IMG/VR virus record: IMGVR_UViG_3300047551_002158
DNA: 64,000 bases
Source: a virus
Lineage: Duplodnaviria > Caudoviricetes
Reading direction: 5' to 3' (one strand)
This document shows positions 40,772 through 50,955 of this stretch, piece by piece (the stretch's first letter is position 1; each line of letters opens with the position of its first letter). The position numbers were made by a program, and so were the translations under genes. The notes under the pieces were generated by a model. It searched no databases, had not been told where the DNA came from, and saw only the letters and a list, made by a program, of their open reading frames with translations.

Positions 40772-41046
40772 TGTTTATTCTAACAATTAATGGTAGAGAA
40801 ACCGAAGGAGCATATTCGGTAATTGATGACGAAGGAGAACATATCTTATATCTCTTTGAAGAAGAGGATGATGCTGTTCGGTATGCTATGATGTTGGAAG
40901 AAGACGGATATCCTGAAATGCATGTGATTGAAATTGAAGATGATGTAATGATAAAAACCTGCGAAATGCATGGTTACCAATATACGCTTATTACACCTGA
41001 CGACATTGTAGTTCCTCCAAATACTTCTGATCATGATTTTATTTAA
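40771..41046 (+). CDS. Conserved hypothetical protein between gp47 and gp46
   Basis: 91-aa acidic ORF overlapping both neighbours. Confidence 0.75.
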   Translation: MFILTINGRETEGAYSVIDDEGEHILYLFEEEDDAVRYAMMLEEDGYPEMHVIEIEDDVMIKTCEMHGYQYTLITPDDIVVPPNTSDHDFI

Positions 41047-42745
41047 AACTATTCGTTGGAAAAATTTCTTAAGTACTGGAAACCAATATACTGAAGTTGA
41101 TTTTACCAAAAACAAAACCAATCTGATTATTGGTACAAACGGAGCAGGTAAGAGTACAGTTCTTGATGCTCTGACTTTTTCTTTGTTTGGGAAACCATTT
41201 CGTAAAATTAACAAACCTCAACTTATCAATTCTGTGAACGAAAAAGATTGTAAGGTTGAGGTTGAGTTTAGTATTAGCAATATAGAATGGAAAGTTGTAA
41301 GAGGAATTAAACCAGCTTTATTTGAAGTATGGAGAAATGGTTCTGTTTTGGACCAATCTGCAGCTGCACTTGATCAGCAAAAGTGGTTGGAGCAGAATGT
41401 CCTTAAGATGAATTATAAGTCTTTTACTCAAATTGTGATTTTGGGTTCAAGTACTTTTGTTCCCTTTATGCAACTTTCTGCTGCTCATCGCCGGGAAGTG
41501 ATTGAGGACTTGCTTGATATTAAGATTTTCTCTTCTATGAATATGGTTATCAAAGAGAAAATCCGTCAAGCAAAAGAAGAAATTAAAGTTCTGGACCTTA
41601 AGAAACAATCTCTTGCAGAAAAACTTAAAATGCAAGAAGAGTTTATTGAAGAACTTGAGAACAGAGGAAAAGATAATATTAGCAACAATAAACGGAAAAT
41701 TTCCGACTTGGATAAAGAAATTGAACAATATATGAATGAGAATTCTTCTGTAGAAGAACCTCTTCGGGAGTATATTAGAAAGCAAGATAAGTTGGTTGGA
41801 TATGCAGATAAACTTCGTAAGTTGGGGAATCTGAAAGGTAAAATCTCTCAAAAAGTATCTACGATTACCAAAGAGCATAAGTTTTTTACTGAAAATACGG
41901 TTTGTCCTACATGCACTCAAGAGATTGATGATGACTTTAGGATAAATAAGATTAAGGACGCTCAAAATAAAGCAAAGGAGTTGCAATCTGGTTATAAAGA
42001 ACTGGAGGAGGCAATTAAAGAGGAAGAGGAGCGAGAGCGTCAATTCACTGCTCTATCGAAGGAAATATCGAAATTAACGAATGGCATTTCTCAAAACAAT
42101 ATTAAGATTAACGGATTACAAAGACAAATCCGAAATCTTGAAAATGAAATTCAAACTGTTACCGAACAACTTGAAAACCGAAATTCTGAACATGAGAAGT
42201 TAGAATCCTTCAAAGACAATCTAAAAACTACATACGACGAACTCGCTTCTAAAAAAGACCTAATCAACTACTACGATTTTTCGTATAGTTTGCTCAAAGA
42301 CGGTGGAGTAAAATCCAAAATCATTAAGAAGTATCTACCGCTGATAAATCAGCAAGTAAACCGTTATCTTCAGATGATGGATTTCTATATTAACTTCACA
42401 CTTGATGAGGAGTTTAACGAAACCGTCCAGTCACCTATTCACGAAGATTTCTCCTATGCTTCCTTTAGTGAAGGAGAAAAAATGAGGATTGACCTTTCTC
42501 TACTCTTTACTTGGAGAGAAGTTGCAAGATTTAAAAACTCCGTGAATACAAATCTTCTGATTATGGATGAGGTGTTTGATAGTTCACTTGATGGATTTGG
42601 AACAGAAGAGTTCCTTAAGATTATTCGTTATGTGATTAAAGACGCAAACATTTTTGTTATCTCTCATAAAACTGGTTTGGAGGACAGATTTGAAAGTGTT
42701 ATAAAATTCTCTAAGGTAAAGGGATTTAGTAGAATGGAACAATAA
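41033..42745 (+). CDS. gp46: Recombination ATPase gp46 (Rad50/SbcC-like)
   Basis: Walker A GTNGAGKST, zinc hook CPTC, signature FSEGE and Walker B LIMDEVFD. Confidence 0.97.
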   Translation: MILFKTIRWKNFLSTGNQYTEVDFTKNKTNLIIGTNGAGKSTVLDALTFSLFGKPFRKINKPQLINSVNEKDCKVEVEFSISNIEWKVVRGIKPALFEVWRNGSVLDQSAAALDQQKWLEQNVLKMNYKSFTQIVILGSSTFVPFMQLSAAHRREVIEDLLDIKIFSSMNMVIKEKIRQAKEEIKVLDLKKQSLAEKLKMQEEFIEELENRGKDNISNNKRKISDLDKEIEQYMNENSSVEEPLREYIRKQDKLVGYADKLRKLGNLKGKISQKVSTITKEHKFFTENTVCPTCTQEIDDDFRINKIKDAQNKAKELQSGYKELEEAIKEEEERERQFTALSKEISKLTNGISQNNIKINGLQRQIRNLENEIQTVTEQLENRNSEHEKLESFKDNLKTTYDELASKKDLINYYDFSYSLLKDGGVKSKIIKKYLPLINQQVNRYLQMMDFYINFTLDEEFNETVQSPIHEDFSYASFSEGEKMRIDLSLLFTWREVARFKNSVNTNLLIMDEVFDSSLDGFGTEEFLKIIRYVIKDANIFVISHKTGLEDRFESVIKFSKVKGFSRMEQ

Positions 42746-42780
42746 GATATAAATAAGTATAGCAATTTGAAAGTGTAATA

Positions 42781-43344
42781 ATGGAAAATTACTATACTTA
42801 TGCCTATCTAAGAGAAAATAAAACACCATATTATATTGGAAAAGGAAAGTGTAAAACTCAAAGACATTTGCATCCGGGACATTATGTTCCTGTTCCACCC
42901 GAAGAAAGAATTTTAATATTAAAAAATAATATAACTGAAGATGAAGCAATAAAACACGAAATCTATATGATTTCTTTATTTGGAAGAAAGGATAATAATA
43001 CTGGAATTTTGAGAAATCTTACGAATGGTGGAGATGGAAAAAGCGGATGGAAAGCATCAAAAGAAACTTGTGAAAAAATAAGTAAATCTTTAATAGGAAA
43101 GAAAAGAACACCAGAGCAGATTGAAAAACATAGAACTGCGATGATTGGGAGAAAACTTTCAGAAGAGCATAAGAAAAAAATAGGAGAAGGTGGTAGGGGT
43201 AAAAAGATGAGCCCTGAAACAATAGAGAAGATGAAAATCGCTGCTAAAAAAAGAGGTAATAATAGGACCGGAACAAAACATTCTGAAGAAACAAAAGAAA
43301 AGATGAGACAATCGCACCTAAAAAGAAATAAAGAGACACTTTAA
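42781..43344 (+). mobile_element. Free-standing GIY-YIG-family homing endonuclease with NUMOD3 repeats
   Basis: YTYAY...YYIGKG N-terminal motif and HSEETKEKM/LSEEHKKKI repeats; late promoter TATAAATA at 42748-42755. Confidence 0.85.
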
Positions 43345-43406
43345 AAACTGGACCACTTGTTTAATTTTTTAATACATAGTATGGTGGTCTGAACCACTCA
43401 AAAACA

Positions 43407-43640
43407 ATGCAAGTCCCAAACTGGAAGCACCATTCCAAAAAAGAACAGAAACGAAAACTTAAACCGCAAGCACTTCGACAAGCAAAAGCAAGACTTGCCC
43501 AGTTCAAAAAGCGTCACATGGGTCGCCCACAAGGCGACCTTTCGTTTTATGATGGTCTCATACGAAACAAACTCCGATGGCCGTTAATCACGAAATCAAG
43601 TCCCAACTCGCCAAATTGCTTGCTACTGAAGACCTTGTAG
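43407..43640 (+). CDS. Small basic hypothetical protein
   Basis: MQVPNWKHHSKKEQKRKLKPQALRQAKAR start, of a kind seen in cyanomyoviruses; the C-terminal part overlaps the next gene and is less certain. Confidence 0.6.
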   Translation: MQVPNWKHHSKKEQKRKLKPQALRQAKARLAQFKKRHMGRPQGDLSFYDGLIRNKLRWPLITKSSPNSPNCLLLKTL

Positions 43641-45757
43641 TTGAGCACAAGAAGGTTGAGACCGCTTGCTTTAACGTTCATACAAGGGTTTTGACCCTTC
43701 CGATGTGGGAGCGTGCTTCTGGGACCGTATACGATATGCTGGTGGGTCACGAAGTTGGACACGCACTCTTCACTCCCGACGAGGATTGGACTGAAACTGT
43801 AAAGGTTCCTCCCCAGTTTGTGAATGTGGTTGAGGATGCCCGTATTGAGAAGTTGATGAAGCGCAAGTATGCTGGACTTGCTAAAACTTTCTTTGGTGGT
43901 TATAAGGAACTGAACGAGCAAGATTTCTTCCAACTTGAGGGTGAGGATGTTTCTACCTTCAATCTTGCTGACCGTGCAAACCTTTATTTCAAGGTAGGGA
44001 ATTTTGTTTCTCTTGAGTTTACTCCTGAAGAGAAAGAGATTGTTGACCTGATTGCTGCTTCTGAAACTTTTGCAGATGTTCTGATTGCCGCAGAAGAACT
44101 TTATAAGCACTGCAAAAAAGAAAAGGAACAAGAAAAGGTTGATGAGATTGATGCTCAACAATCTCAAGGTTCTTCTACTTCTGCTACCGAAACTCAAGCA
44201 GATGAAGGTGAAGGGAATACTGAAGAGAAAGGTGATACGAATGGTCAGTTGGATGAAAATCAACCTTCCGATGGTGATAATCAACAATCTGTTCCTTCTG
44301 GTCCTGAAGAGGATAATGAACCTGAAATCAAGACCGTAGATAATCTTGAGGATAAAATCCGTCAACTTGCAAGCAAGGATGGATATGATAATGTTTATGT
44401 GGAAGTTCCGAAAGTAAATCTGGATACCGTTATTGGTAAGAACTCTGAAGTTCATCGGGAGATTACTTCTGCTTTCAATCAGCAACAGAAATCTTATAAT
44501 GAAATGCATAACACCACTTTAGTTGACTTGTTCAAGGAAGCAGATACTTCTTTCCGACAGTTTAAAGTTTCTGCTCAAAAAGAAGTTAACTATCTGGTGA
44601 AAGAGTTTGAGTGCCGTAAGGCTGCAGATGCTTATTCCCGTGCTTCTACTGCCCGCACAGGAGTTCTTGATACTGCTCGTCTGCATTCTTATAAGTTCAG
44701 TGAGGATTTGTTCAAGAAAGTTACTGTGCTTCCTGACGGTAAAAATCACGGACTGATTTTCATTCTGGATTGGTCAGGTTCTATGGCTAATGTCCTTCTG
44801 GATACTTGCAAGCAACTCTTTAATCTTGTTTGGTTCTGCAAGAAAGTTTCCATTCCTTTTGAGGTTTATGCTTTCACAAATGAGTGGCGTCGTTGCACTT
44901 TTGATTATGAAACTAATCAGCGTGTAGCAGCAGACCGTACTCCTCATTATGAGAAGAAAGAAGGTGTGCTTGCGATTGATGAGGACTTTGCTCTGATGAA
45001 TATTCTTACCAGTAAAGTTTCTGGTAACGAACTGGAAAAGCAACTGATGAATATCTGGCGTCTTGCTGTGTATTTCGGAGATACTTATCACACTCCTTAT
45101 ACCTGTCCTGGCCGTTTGTATTTGTCAGGAACTCCTCTGAATGAGAGTTTGATTGCTCTGCATCAAATTCTTCCGAAGTTTCAGAGTGAGAATAAATTGC
45201 AGAAAGTTCAGTGTGTGATTTTGACTGATGGTGAAGCAAATGTTCTTCCCTATCACCAGGAAATCAAGCGTGCTTGGGATAAAGAACCTTTCATCGGTAC
45301 TCGTGGTATTGGTTCTAATGCTTTTCTGCGAGATAGGAAACTTGGAACAACTTACAACTTTGATTGTATGTATTATCAGGGATATCATAAGTTCACTGAT
45401 GTAATGCTTCGCAATCTTCGTGATAAGTTCCCCTATACCAACTTCATCGGTATTCGTGTTCTTTCCAGTCGTGATGCTCACCGTTTCATCAATCTGTATC
45501 ATTCTGCTTCCGATGCTGACTATAAGCAGTACAACAAAATTCAGGATGATTGGAAGAAACTGAAGAGTTTTACGATTACCAATTCTGGTTATCACGCTTA
45601 CTTTGGTCTCTCTTCTTCTGCTCTGTCTCAAGATGCAGAGTTTGATGTCTCTGATACTGCTACAAAAGCACAAATCAAATCTGCTTTTGTGAAGTCCCTG
45701 AAGACAAAGAAACTCAACAAAAAGGTTCTTGGGGAGTTCATTTCCCTTGTTGCATAA
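43577..45757 (+). CDS. CobT-like protein: N-terminal HExxH metallopeptidase-like domain plus vWA domain
   Basis: HEVGH motif, acidic linker and MIDAS LDWSGS...TP...LTDGE. Confidence 0.85.
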   Translation: MAVNHEIKSQLAKLLATEDLVVEHKKVETACFNVHTRVLTLPMWERASGTVYDMLVGHEVGHALFTPDEDWTETVKVPPQFVNVVEDARIEKLMKRKYAGLAKTFFGGYKELNEQDFFQLEGEDVSTFNLADRANLYFKVGNFVSLEFTPEEKEIVDLIAASETFADVLIAAEELYKHCKKEKEQEKVDEIDAQQSQGSSTSATETQADEGEGNTEEKGDTNGQLDENQPSDGDNQQSVPSGPEEDNEPEIKTVDNLEDKIRQLASKDGYDNVYVEVPKVNLDTVIGKNSEVHREITSAFNQQQKSYNEMHNTTLVDLFKEADTSFRQFKVSAQKEVNYLVKEFECRKAADAYSRASTARTGVLDTARLHSYKFSEDLFKKVTVLPDGKNHGLIFILDWSGSMANVLLDTCKQLFNLVWFCKKVSIPFEVYAFTNEWRRCTFDYETNQRVAADRTPHYEKKEGVLAIDEDFALMNILTSKVSGNELEKQLMNIWRLAVYFGDTYHTPYTCPGRLYLSGTPLNESLIALHQILPKFQSENKLQKVQCVILTDGEANVLPYHQEIKRAWDKEPFIGTRGIGSNAFLRDRKLGTTYNFDCMYYQGYHKFTDVMLRNLRDKFPYTNFIGIRVLSSRDAHRFINLYHSASDADYKQYNKIQDDWKKLKSFTITNSGYHAYFGLSSSALSQDAEFDVSDTATKAQIKSAFVKSLKTKKLNKKVLGEFISLVA

Positions 45758-45783
45758 ATACCTAAAAAGTATTTTTGCGTAAA

Positions 45784-46656
45784 ATGATAACTTATCAAGA
45801 ATTTATTACCGAAATCAAAAGGTATCGTCTCCGTCGTTCTGGCGGAGACCCTTTTACGCATTATAGTGATGGTAAGCAAAAACCACTGGATTTATCTGCT
45901 ATTCACGCTGCAGGTAATGCTGATGCGAAAGCTTCTGTAGGATATAAAGAAAAACGCTTAAAGCAATACAGAAGACAAGAAACTGTGAGAAGGATGGATG
46001 CTGCTGGTAAGAAACTTGGATTGCCTGAAGAGAATGTTCAAGAGTTATTCATTACAAGAAAATCTCCTGAAGAGAGAGCAGACGCAAAAAGAAAGAAACA
46101 AGTAGAAACACTTATTCGTTTAATGAAGCACGCAAAGGACCCTTCTGCTGATGTTGCTAAAACCAAAAAGGAAGATTATGATTTAAGTGAAACTTCCCTT
46201 ACTCGTGTAATGAGTAAGTCAAAAAAAGGTGGTATGGCGATTATGTCTGCTCAAAGAGGAGATAAATCAAAGGCAGAAAACAAAGAACGCTCAAAGCAAC
46301 TTGAGCGTGATGTAAGAGGTGCTGGACTTCCTGGACCTACAAAAGTTGCTGGTAGATACACTGAAAATCCAGGAACACCTGATGAGAAAAAGGTAGGAGA
46401 GAAATCTCATATTATTACTCCAGGTAAAAAAGGCAAAAGGAAGTTTAAGAAAGCGATTGAAAAACTTGGTAAAAAATACAATCAAGATTCAGTTTTAATC
46501 CAACGCAAACCTGGTGGAAGTTCAACTCTTAAAGGAACTTCCAAAACATCTTGGCCTGGTCAAGGTAAAAATGTTAAAATAGGTTCTATGAAACCAGGAA
46601 GAACTGGCGAATTTGATACTAAAGTTAAAAACAAAACATTTACTGTTGAGCATTAA
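45784..46656 (+). CDS. Basic late protein with T4 capsid-targeting-like N-terminus
   Basis: The ATG at 45784 gives MITYQEFITE; late promoter ATAAATA at 45754-45760; C-terminal AIMSAQRG...EN..R...G.Y.E...KKYNQDSVL domain. Confidence 0.8.
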   Translation: MITYQEFITEIKRYRLRRSGGDPFTHYSDGKQKPLDLSAIHAAGNADAKASVGYKEKRLKQYRRQETVRRMDAAGKKLGLPEENVQELFITRKSPEERADAKRKKQVETLIRLMKHAKDPSADVAKTKKEDYDLSETSLTRVMSKSKKGGMAIMSAQRGDKSKAENKERSKQLERDVRGAGLPGPTKVAGRYTENPGTPDEKKVGEKSHIITPGKKGKRKFKKAIEKLGKKYNQDSVLIQRKPGGSSTLKGTSKTSWPGQGKNVKIGSMKPGRTGEFDTKVKNKTFTVEH

Positions 46657-46658
46657 TT

Positions 46659-46841
46659 ATGAAAAAGTTCCCATTTGAGCACATTGTAAAATACGACACT
46701 CAAGAAGTTTGGGTGAAGTGTGATAGCAGTATTACTGCTATGGGACTTCCTACTCTTGTAAATCAATATTATCCTGGTTATAAAGCAAAAGTTGCAACCG
46801 AAGAATATTTGGACAAGTTACGGAACCAGTTGCTGAACTGA
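46659..46841 (+). CDS. Small hypothetical protein
   Basis: 60-aa ORF directly after the previous gene. Confidence 0.65.
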   Translation: MKKFPFEHIVKYDTQEVWVKCDSSITAMGLPTLVNQYYPGYKAKVATEEYLDKLRNQLLN

Positions 46842-46908
46842 CCACTGGGGGTCCTTGAGACCCCTTTTTTGTCCTATAATAACTTCAGTGAAACAAACCA
46901 CTCACATT

Positions 46909-48015
46909 ATGTCTCGCACTAAAATGACCAACGATCAAATCCTTGAAGATCTCAAAAACACTTTTGGAAAAGAATTCACTGCTGCCGATGTTCGCGGATA
47001 CTGTGCTGCTAAAAGCATCTCCTATCAAACTGTTACCAAGCGACTGGAGCAGTTTAAAGTTGGTCGTGGTAAGTGGAACCTGGAAGTGACGCAACGAAAA
47101 GTGGAAGAAATCGAACGTTCCTTTAATTCCGTTGCTGTTCTTCCTGAAGTACATCAAAACCTCATTCCTGATAAAGATGATACCTTCGTCAAGTTTGGTA
47201 ATTTTAACGACGTTAAAAAAATTATTCAGTCCAATCTTTTTTATCCTACGTTTATTACGGGTCTTTCGGGTAACGGTAAAACGTTCTCGGTGGAGCAAGC
47301 GTGTGCTCAACTTAAGCGTGAACTCATCCGTGTGAATATTACGATTGAAACTGATGAGGATGATCTGATCGGTGGTTTCCGTCTTGTGAATGGTGAAACC
47401 GCCTGGCACAACGGTCCCGTGATTGAGGCACTTGAGCGTGGTGCTATCCTGCTTCTGGATGAGATTGACCTTGCCTCTAACAAGATCCTCTGTCTTCAGT
47501 CTGTGCTTGAGGGTAAGGGTGTCTTCCTGAAGAAAATCGGTAAGTTCGTCAAACCTGCCGCTGGTTTCAACGTGATCGCCACCGCAAACACCAAGGGCAA
47601 GGGTTCTGATGATGGACGTTTCATCGGCACCAACGTGCTCAACGAAGCGTTCCTTGAGCGGTTCCCTGTGACCTTTGAGCAGTCCTATCCCGCTCCTTCT
47701 GTGGAACAGAAGATCCTTGAGGGTGTTGCTCTGGATCTTGGTGTGGAAGACCGCGACTTCTGCAAGCGTCTGGTGGACTGGGGTGATATCATCCGCAAGA
47801 CCTTCTACGATGGTGGTATTGAGGAAATCATCAGCACCCGCCGCCTGGTTCATATCATCCGTGCCTACAGCATCTTCCAAGACAAGGCAAAGGCAATCCA
47901 AGTGTGCGTCAATCGTTTCGACGATGAAACCAAACAGGCATTCCTGGAACTGTATGATAAAGTTGATGTTGACTTTGTGATGCCTACTGAGGTTGACCAA
48001 CAAACCCAATCCTGA
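46909..48015 (+). CDS. cobS: CobS-like MoxR-family AAA+ ATPase
   Basis: Walker A GLSGNGKT, Walker B LLLDEID and ATANTKG...LNEAFLERF. The ATG at 46909 lies downstream of TATAAT 46875-46880. Confidence 0.9.
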   Translation: MSRTKMTNDQILEDLKNTFGKEFTAADVRGYCAAKSISYQTVTKRLEQFKVGRGKWNLEVTQRKVEEIERSFNSVAVLPEVHQNLIPDKDDTFVKFGNFNDVKKIIQSNLFYPTFITGLSGNGKTFSVEQACAQLKRELIRVNITIETDEDDLIGGFRLVNGETAWHNGPVIEALERGAILLLDEIDLASNKILCLQSVLEGKGVFLKKIGKFVKPAAGFNVIATANTKGKGSDDGRFIGTNVLNEAFLERFPVTFEQSYPAPSVEQKILEGVALDLGVEDRDFCKRLVDWGDIIRKTFYDGGIEEIISTRRLVHIIRAYSIFQDKAKAIQVCVNRFDDETKQAFLELYDKVDVDFVMPTEVDQQTQS

Positions 48016-48021
48016 TAGAAT
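47993..48021 (+). promoter_or_regulatory. Sigma70-type promoter
   Basis: TTGACC-N17-TAGAAT with an extended -10 TG, upstream of the ORF at 48080. Confidence 0.55.
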
Positions 48022-48079
48022 ATGGGAAGGTAATTGTGCCTTCCCTCTTTTTATGATTGATCAAACTTTTACTTTTACT

Positions 48080-48406
48080 ATGACTGAAACAAAAAATCAT
48101 CTTTGGAAATACAACGAAGATAAAATCATTAAGGATATTGAGGATTATGTGACCAGCACTTACGGAAGTCACTACTGCGGTCACAATCAAGAATACAAAG
48201 ACATCCAAACCATTGATCTGATGGCAGCAAAGGATCTTGCTCCTGGTTTCTGTCAGGCAAACATTCTGAAGTATGGTAGTCGTTATGGTGACAAAGATGG
48301 TCGCAACAAACGTGACCTTCTGAAAGTCATTCACTATGCTATGCTTCTGCTTCACTTTGATGGGCATTACTCCCGCAAAGATAACGGTCTCTCTGAATTT
48401 CGCTGA
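48080..48406 (+). CDS. DUF3310-like protein (possible nucleotide kinase)
   Basis: HY...IQTIDL...GFCQANILKYGSRYGDK...DLLKVIHY pattern; ATG at 48080. Confidence 0.65.
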   Translation: MTETKNHLWKYNEDKIIKDIEDYVTSTYGSHYCGHNQEYKDIQTIDLMAAKDLAPGFCQANILKYGSRYGDKDGRNKRDLLKVIHYAMLLLHFDGHYSRKDNGLSEFR

Positions 48407-48411
48407 TTATT

Positions 48412-49077
48412 ATGAAACTCTCTGACAAAACTCTCACTCTGCTTAAGAACTTTTCTTCGATTAACCAGTCTATTCTGTTTAAGGAAGGTAGTTCGCTCCG
48501 GACAATTTCGGTAATGAAGAACATCTTGGCAGAAGCAACAATCGAAGAAGAACTGCCCAAGGATTTTGGTATCTATGATCTGAACCAGTTTCTGAATGGT
48601 CTGAACCTTCATCAGAATGCAGAACTTGATTTCCAGAACGATGGTTATGTGGTCATCAAAGAAGGTCGGTCTCGCTCCAAGTATTTCTTTGCAGATCCGA
48701 ATGTAATCGTTACTCCGCCAGATAAAGCAATCTCTCTTCCTTCTGAAGATGTTTGTTTTATCCTTGATACTAAAGAACTGGATAAACTTCTTAAGGCTGC
48801 TGCAGTGTATCAATTGCCTGATTTGTCTGTGGTTGGAGAAGCAGGTGTTGTGAAACTGGTGGTTCGTGATAAGAAGAACGATACCTCCAACGATTTCTCT
48901 ATGGTTGTTGGTGAGACTGATGAAGTATTCACTTTTAACTTTAAGGTGGAGAACATTAAGATTATTCCTGGTTCTTATGAGGTGGTGATCTCTTCTAAAC
49001 TTTTGTCACGTTTTAAGAATACTGGGTTTGATGTGACCTATTATATTGCTCTTGAACCTGACAGTACTTTTGGATGA
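48412..49077 (+). CDS. gp45: Sliding clamp gp45
   Basis: MKLSDKTLTLLKNFSSINQSI and FGIYDLNQFL; C-terminal YYIALEPDS. Confidence 0.96.
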   Translation: MKLSDKTLTLLKNFSSINQSILFKEGSSLRTISVMKNILAEATIEEELPKDFGIYDLNQFLNGLNLHQNAELDFQNDGYVVIKEGRSRSKYFFADPNVIVTPPDKAISLPSEDVCFILDTKELDKLLKAAAVYQLPDLSVVGEAGVVKLVVRDKKNDTSNDFSMVVGETDEVFTFNFKVENIKIIPGSYEVVISSKLLSRFKNTGFDVTYYIALEPDSTFG

Positions 49078-49493
49078 TGGAATTTCTTCTTTACCTGACC
49101 CCTATTGGTCGTGATATTATTGGTAATGTAAATAAAGCGGGATACTCAGTTAAAGAGAATATTGGATACTGTAGAGATAAAAACTTTTTTGGATATGCTG
49201 ATTTTGATAAGTTAGTTGTCTGTACTAAAAACATTAAAGAAGGTGGATATGATCTAAAACATTACATAAATGAAACGGTTTATCACGAGGCAACACATAT
49301 TGCTCATATGTGTAAAGGATATAAACCATTTTATATTTCATTAAAAGATATGCCACTTCCCGAAAATAAACTTCAGGATGTTGGAAAATCTGTCAGTATG
49401 TCTACTGCTTCAAGTCAAATGGAACACGAAGCATTTTGGATGGAAGACAAACCAGAAAAAGTGAATTATGTTCTTAAAAAATTCTGCTTTTGA
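49074..49493 (+). CDS. Hypothetical protein with HExxH motif (possible zinc metallopeptidase)
   Basis: YHEATHIAH followed by a downstream E (MEHEAF). Confidence 0.6.
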   Translation: MMEFLLYLTPIGRDIIGNVNKAGYSVKENIGYCRDKNFFGYADFDKLVVCTKNIKEGGYDLKHYINETVYHEATHIAHMCKGYKPFYISLKDMPLPENKLQDVGKSVSMSTASSQMEHEAFWMEDKPEKVNYVLKKFCF

Positions 49494-49495
49494 TT

Positions 49496-50008
49496 ATGAA
49501 CATCTTCGTAACTTCCCCTTGGCCCGCTGAAAGTGCTATCTGTCTCCCCGATAAACATATTGTCAAGATGCCGCTTGAGTGCTGCCAAATGCTCTCTATC
49601 GTGGCATCTGAGAAATGGGGTCGCGGGTATGGCAATCTTTATAAGACTGATAACACACCATATCGAACTGAGAAAGGTGCGTTTCGTAATCATCCCTGTA
49701 CCAAATGGGCACTGGAAAGTATCCACAACGCTTATTGGTTAATTAAGCACGGTCTCAACTTGTGTGATGAGTACACACTGCGGTACAATAAGGTTCACGC
49801 CTGCTACAAGACCCTTGTAGATGCTTATTACCTCTTTCCCAAGGGTAAGATTACTGATGTAACTCCATTCGCTCGTGCGATGCCAGATGAATGGAAACAC
49901 GACAATACTATTGACACATTTGAAGCATACAAGAAATACATCGCGTCCAAACCTTGGGTTGCTGATAATTATCTTCGTATGCCCGAAAGAAAACCTTCGT
50001 GGATTTAA
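49496..50008 (+). CDS. Pyrimidine-dimer DNA glycosylase-like (DenV/endonuclease V family) protein
   Basis: MNIF...LPDKHIVKMPLECCQMLS...NHPCTKW...WLIKHG pattern. Confidence 0.65.
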   Translation: MNIFVTSPWPAESAICLPDKHIVKMPLECCQMLSIVASEKWGRGYGNLYKTDNTPYRTEKGAFRNHPCTKWALESIHNAYWLIKHGLNLCDEYTLRYNKVHACYKTLVDAYYLFPKGKITDVTPFARAMPDEWKHDNTIDTFEAYKKYIASKPWVADNYLRMPERKPSWI

Positions 50009-50010
50009 TT

Positions 50011-50955
50011 ATGGCAAGTGAATTTCTTCTTACAGAAAAGTATCGTCCTCAAGTGATTGAGGATTGTATTCTTCCTGATGATACTAAAAAAACCTTTAAG
50101 GAGTTTGTGGAGAAAGGTGAGATCCCTAATCTCCTTCTTGCAGGACCTCCTGGTATTGGTAAAACTACAATCGCAAAAGCATTATGTAATGAATTGGGGG
50201 CAGATTATTATGTCATCAACGGATCCGACGAAGGACGTTTCTTGGATACTGTACGGAACCAGGCAAAAAACTTTGCTTCGACCGTCTCACTTACGGGATC
50301 TTCTAAACACAAAGTCATCATCATCGATGAGGCTGATAACACAGGAAACGACGTACAACTCCTACTACGGGCAAATATTGAGGCATTTTATAACAACTGC
50401 CGCTTCATCTTCACCTGTAACTATAAGAACAAAATTATCGAACCTCTGCACTCCCGATGTGCAGTCATCGACTTCACAATCCGAGGGAAACAGAAGCAAC
50501 AACTTGCAGCAAGTTTCTTCCAACGCCTCCAAACAATCTTGGATGCGGAAAAGGTTGAGTACGATCAAAAGGTTCTTGCAGAACTTGTATCCAAGCACTT
50601 CCCAGATTTTCGTAGGGTCCTCAATGAATGCCAGAGGTATTCTACAGGCGGAAAGATCGACGCAGGCATTCTTGCATCTTTCTCTGACATCTCTGTAAAT
50701 GAACTCATCAAGAACCTCAAAGACAAAAACTTTCCTGAAGTCAGAAAGTGGGTGGTCTCCAACCTGGACAACGATGCTAACAGTCTACTTCGTAGGGTGT
50801 ATGACGCCTGTTATGATTGCCTTTCACCCCAATCTATTCCTGCTGCCGTTCTTGTTATTGCTAAGTATCAATACCAATGTGCGTTCGTGGCTGATCAAGA
50901 AATTAACCTCCTAGCAGCACTAACTGAACTTATGTGTGAGTGTGAATTCAAATGA
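50011..50955 (+). CDS. gp44: Clamp loader large subunit gp44
   Basis: EKYRP, GPPGIGKTT, IIDEAD and SRC motif (LHSRC). Confidence 0.97.
   Translation: MASEFLLTEKYRPQVIEDCILPDDTKKTFKEFVEKGEIPNLLLAGPPGIGKTTIAKALCNELGADYYVINGSDEGRFLDTVRNQAKNFASTVSLTGSSKHKVIIIDEADNTGNDVQLLLRANIEAFYNNCRFIFTCNYKNKIIEPLHSRCAVIDFTIRGKQKQQLAASFFQRLQTILDAEKVEYDQKVLAELVSKHFPDFRRVLNECQRYSTGGKIDAGILASFSDISVNELIKNLKDKNFPEVRKWVVSNLDNDANSLLRRVYDACYDCLSPQSIPAAVLVIAKYQYQCAFVADQEINLLAALTELMCECEFK

Noticed and set aside
41447-42043. 198-aa minus-strand hydrophobic ORF
   Set aside because: Antisense to the Glu/Lys-rich coiled coil of gp46; the apparent membrane character is an artefact.
43547-44509. 320-aa minus-strand ORF
   Set aside because: Antisense to the CobT-like gene; its Phe/Leu/Ile-rich composition is typical of reverse-read GAA/AAA codons.
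46885-48009. 374-aa minus-strand ORF
   Set aside because: It is an exact antisense shadow of cobS, whose GC-richer biased codons suppress stops on the opposite strand; no recognisable motifs, RBS or promoter.
46909-48015. cobS as a cobalamin-biosynthesis auxiliary metabolic gene
   Set aside because: Only generic MoxR AAA+ motifs are visible and no cobN or other B12 genes are in the window; the symbol is kept as a family label only.
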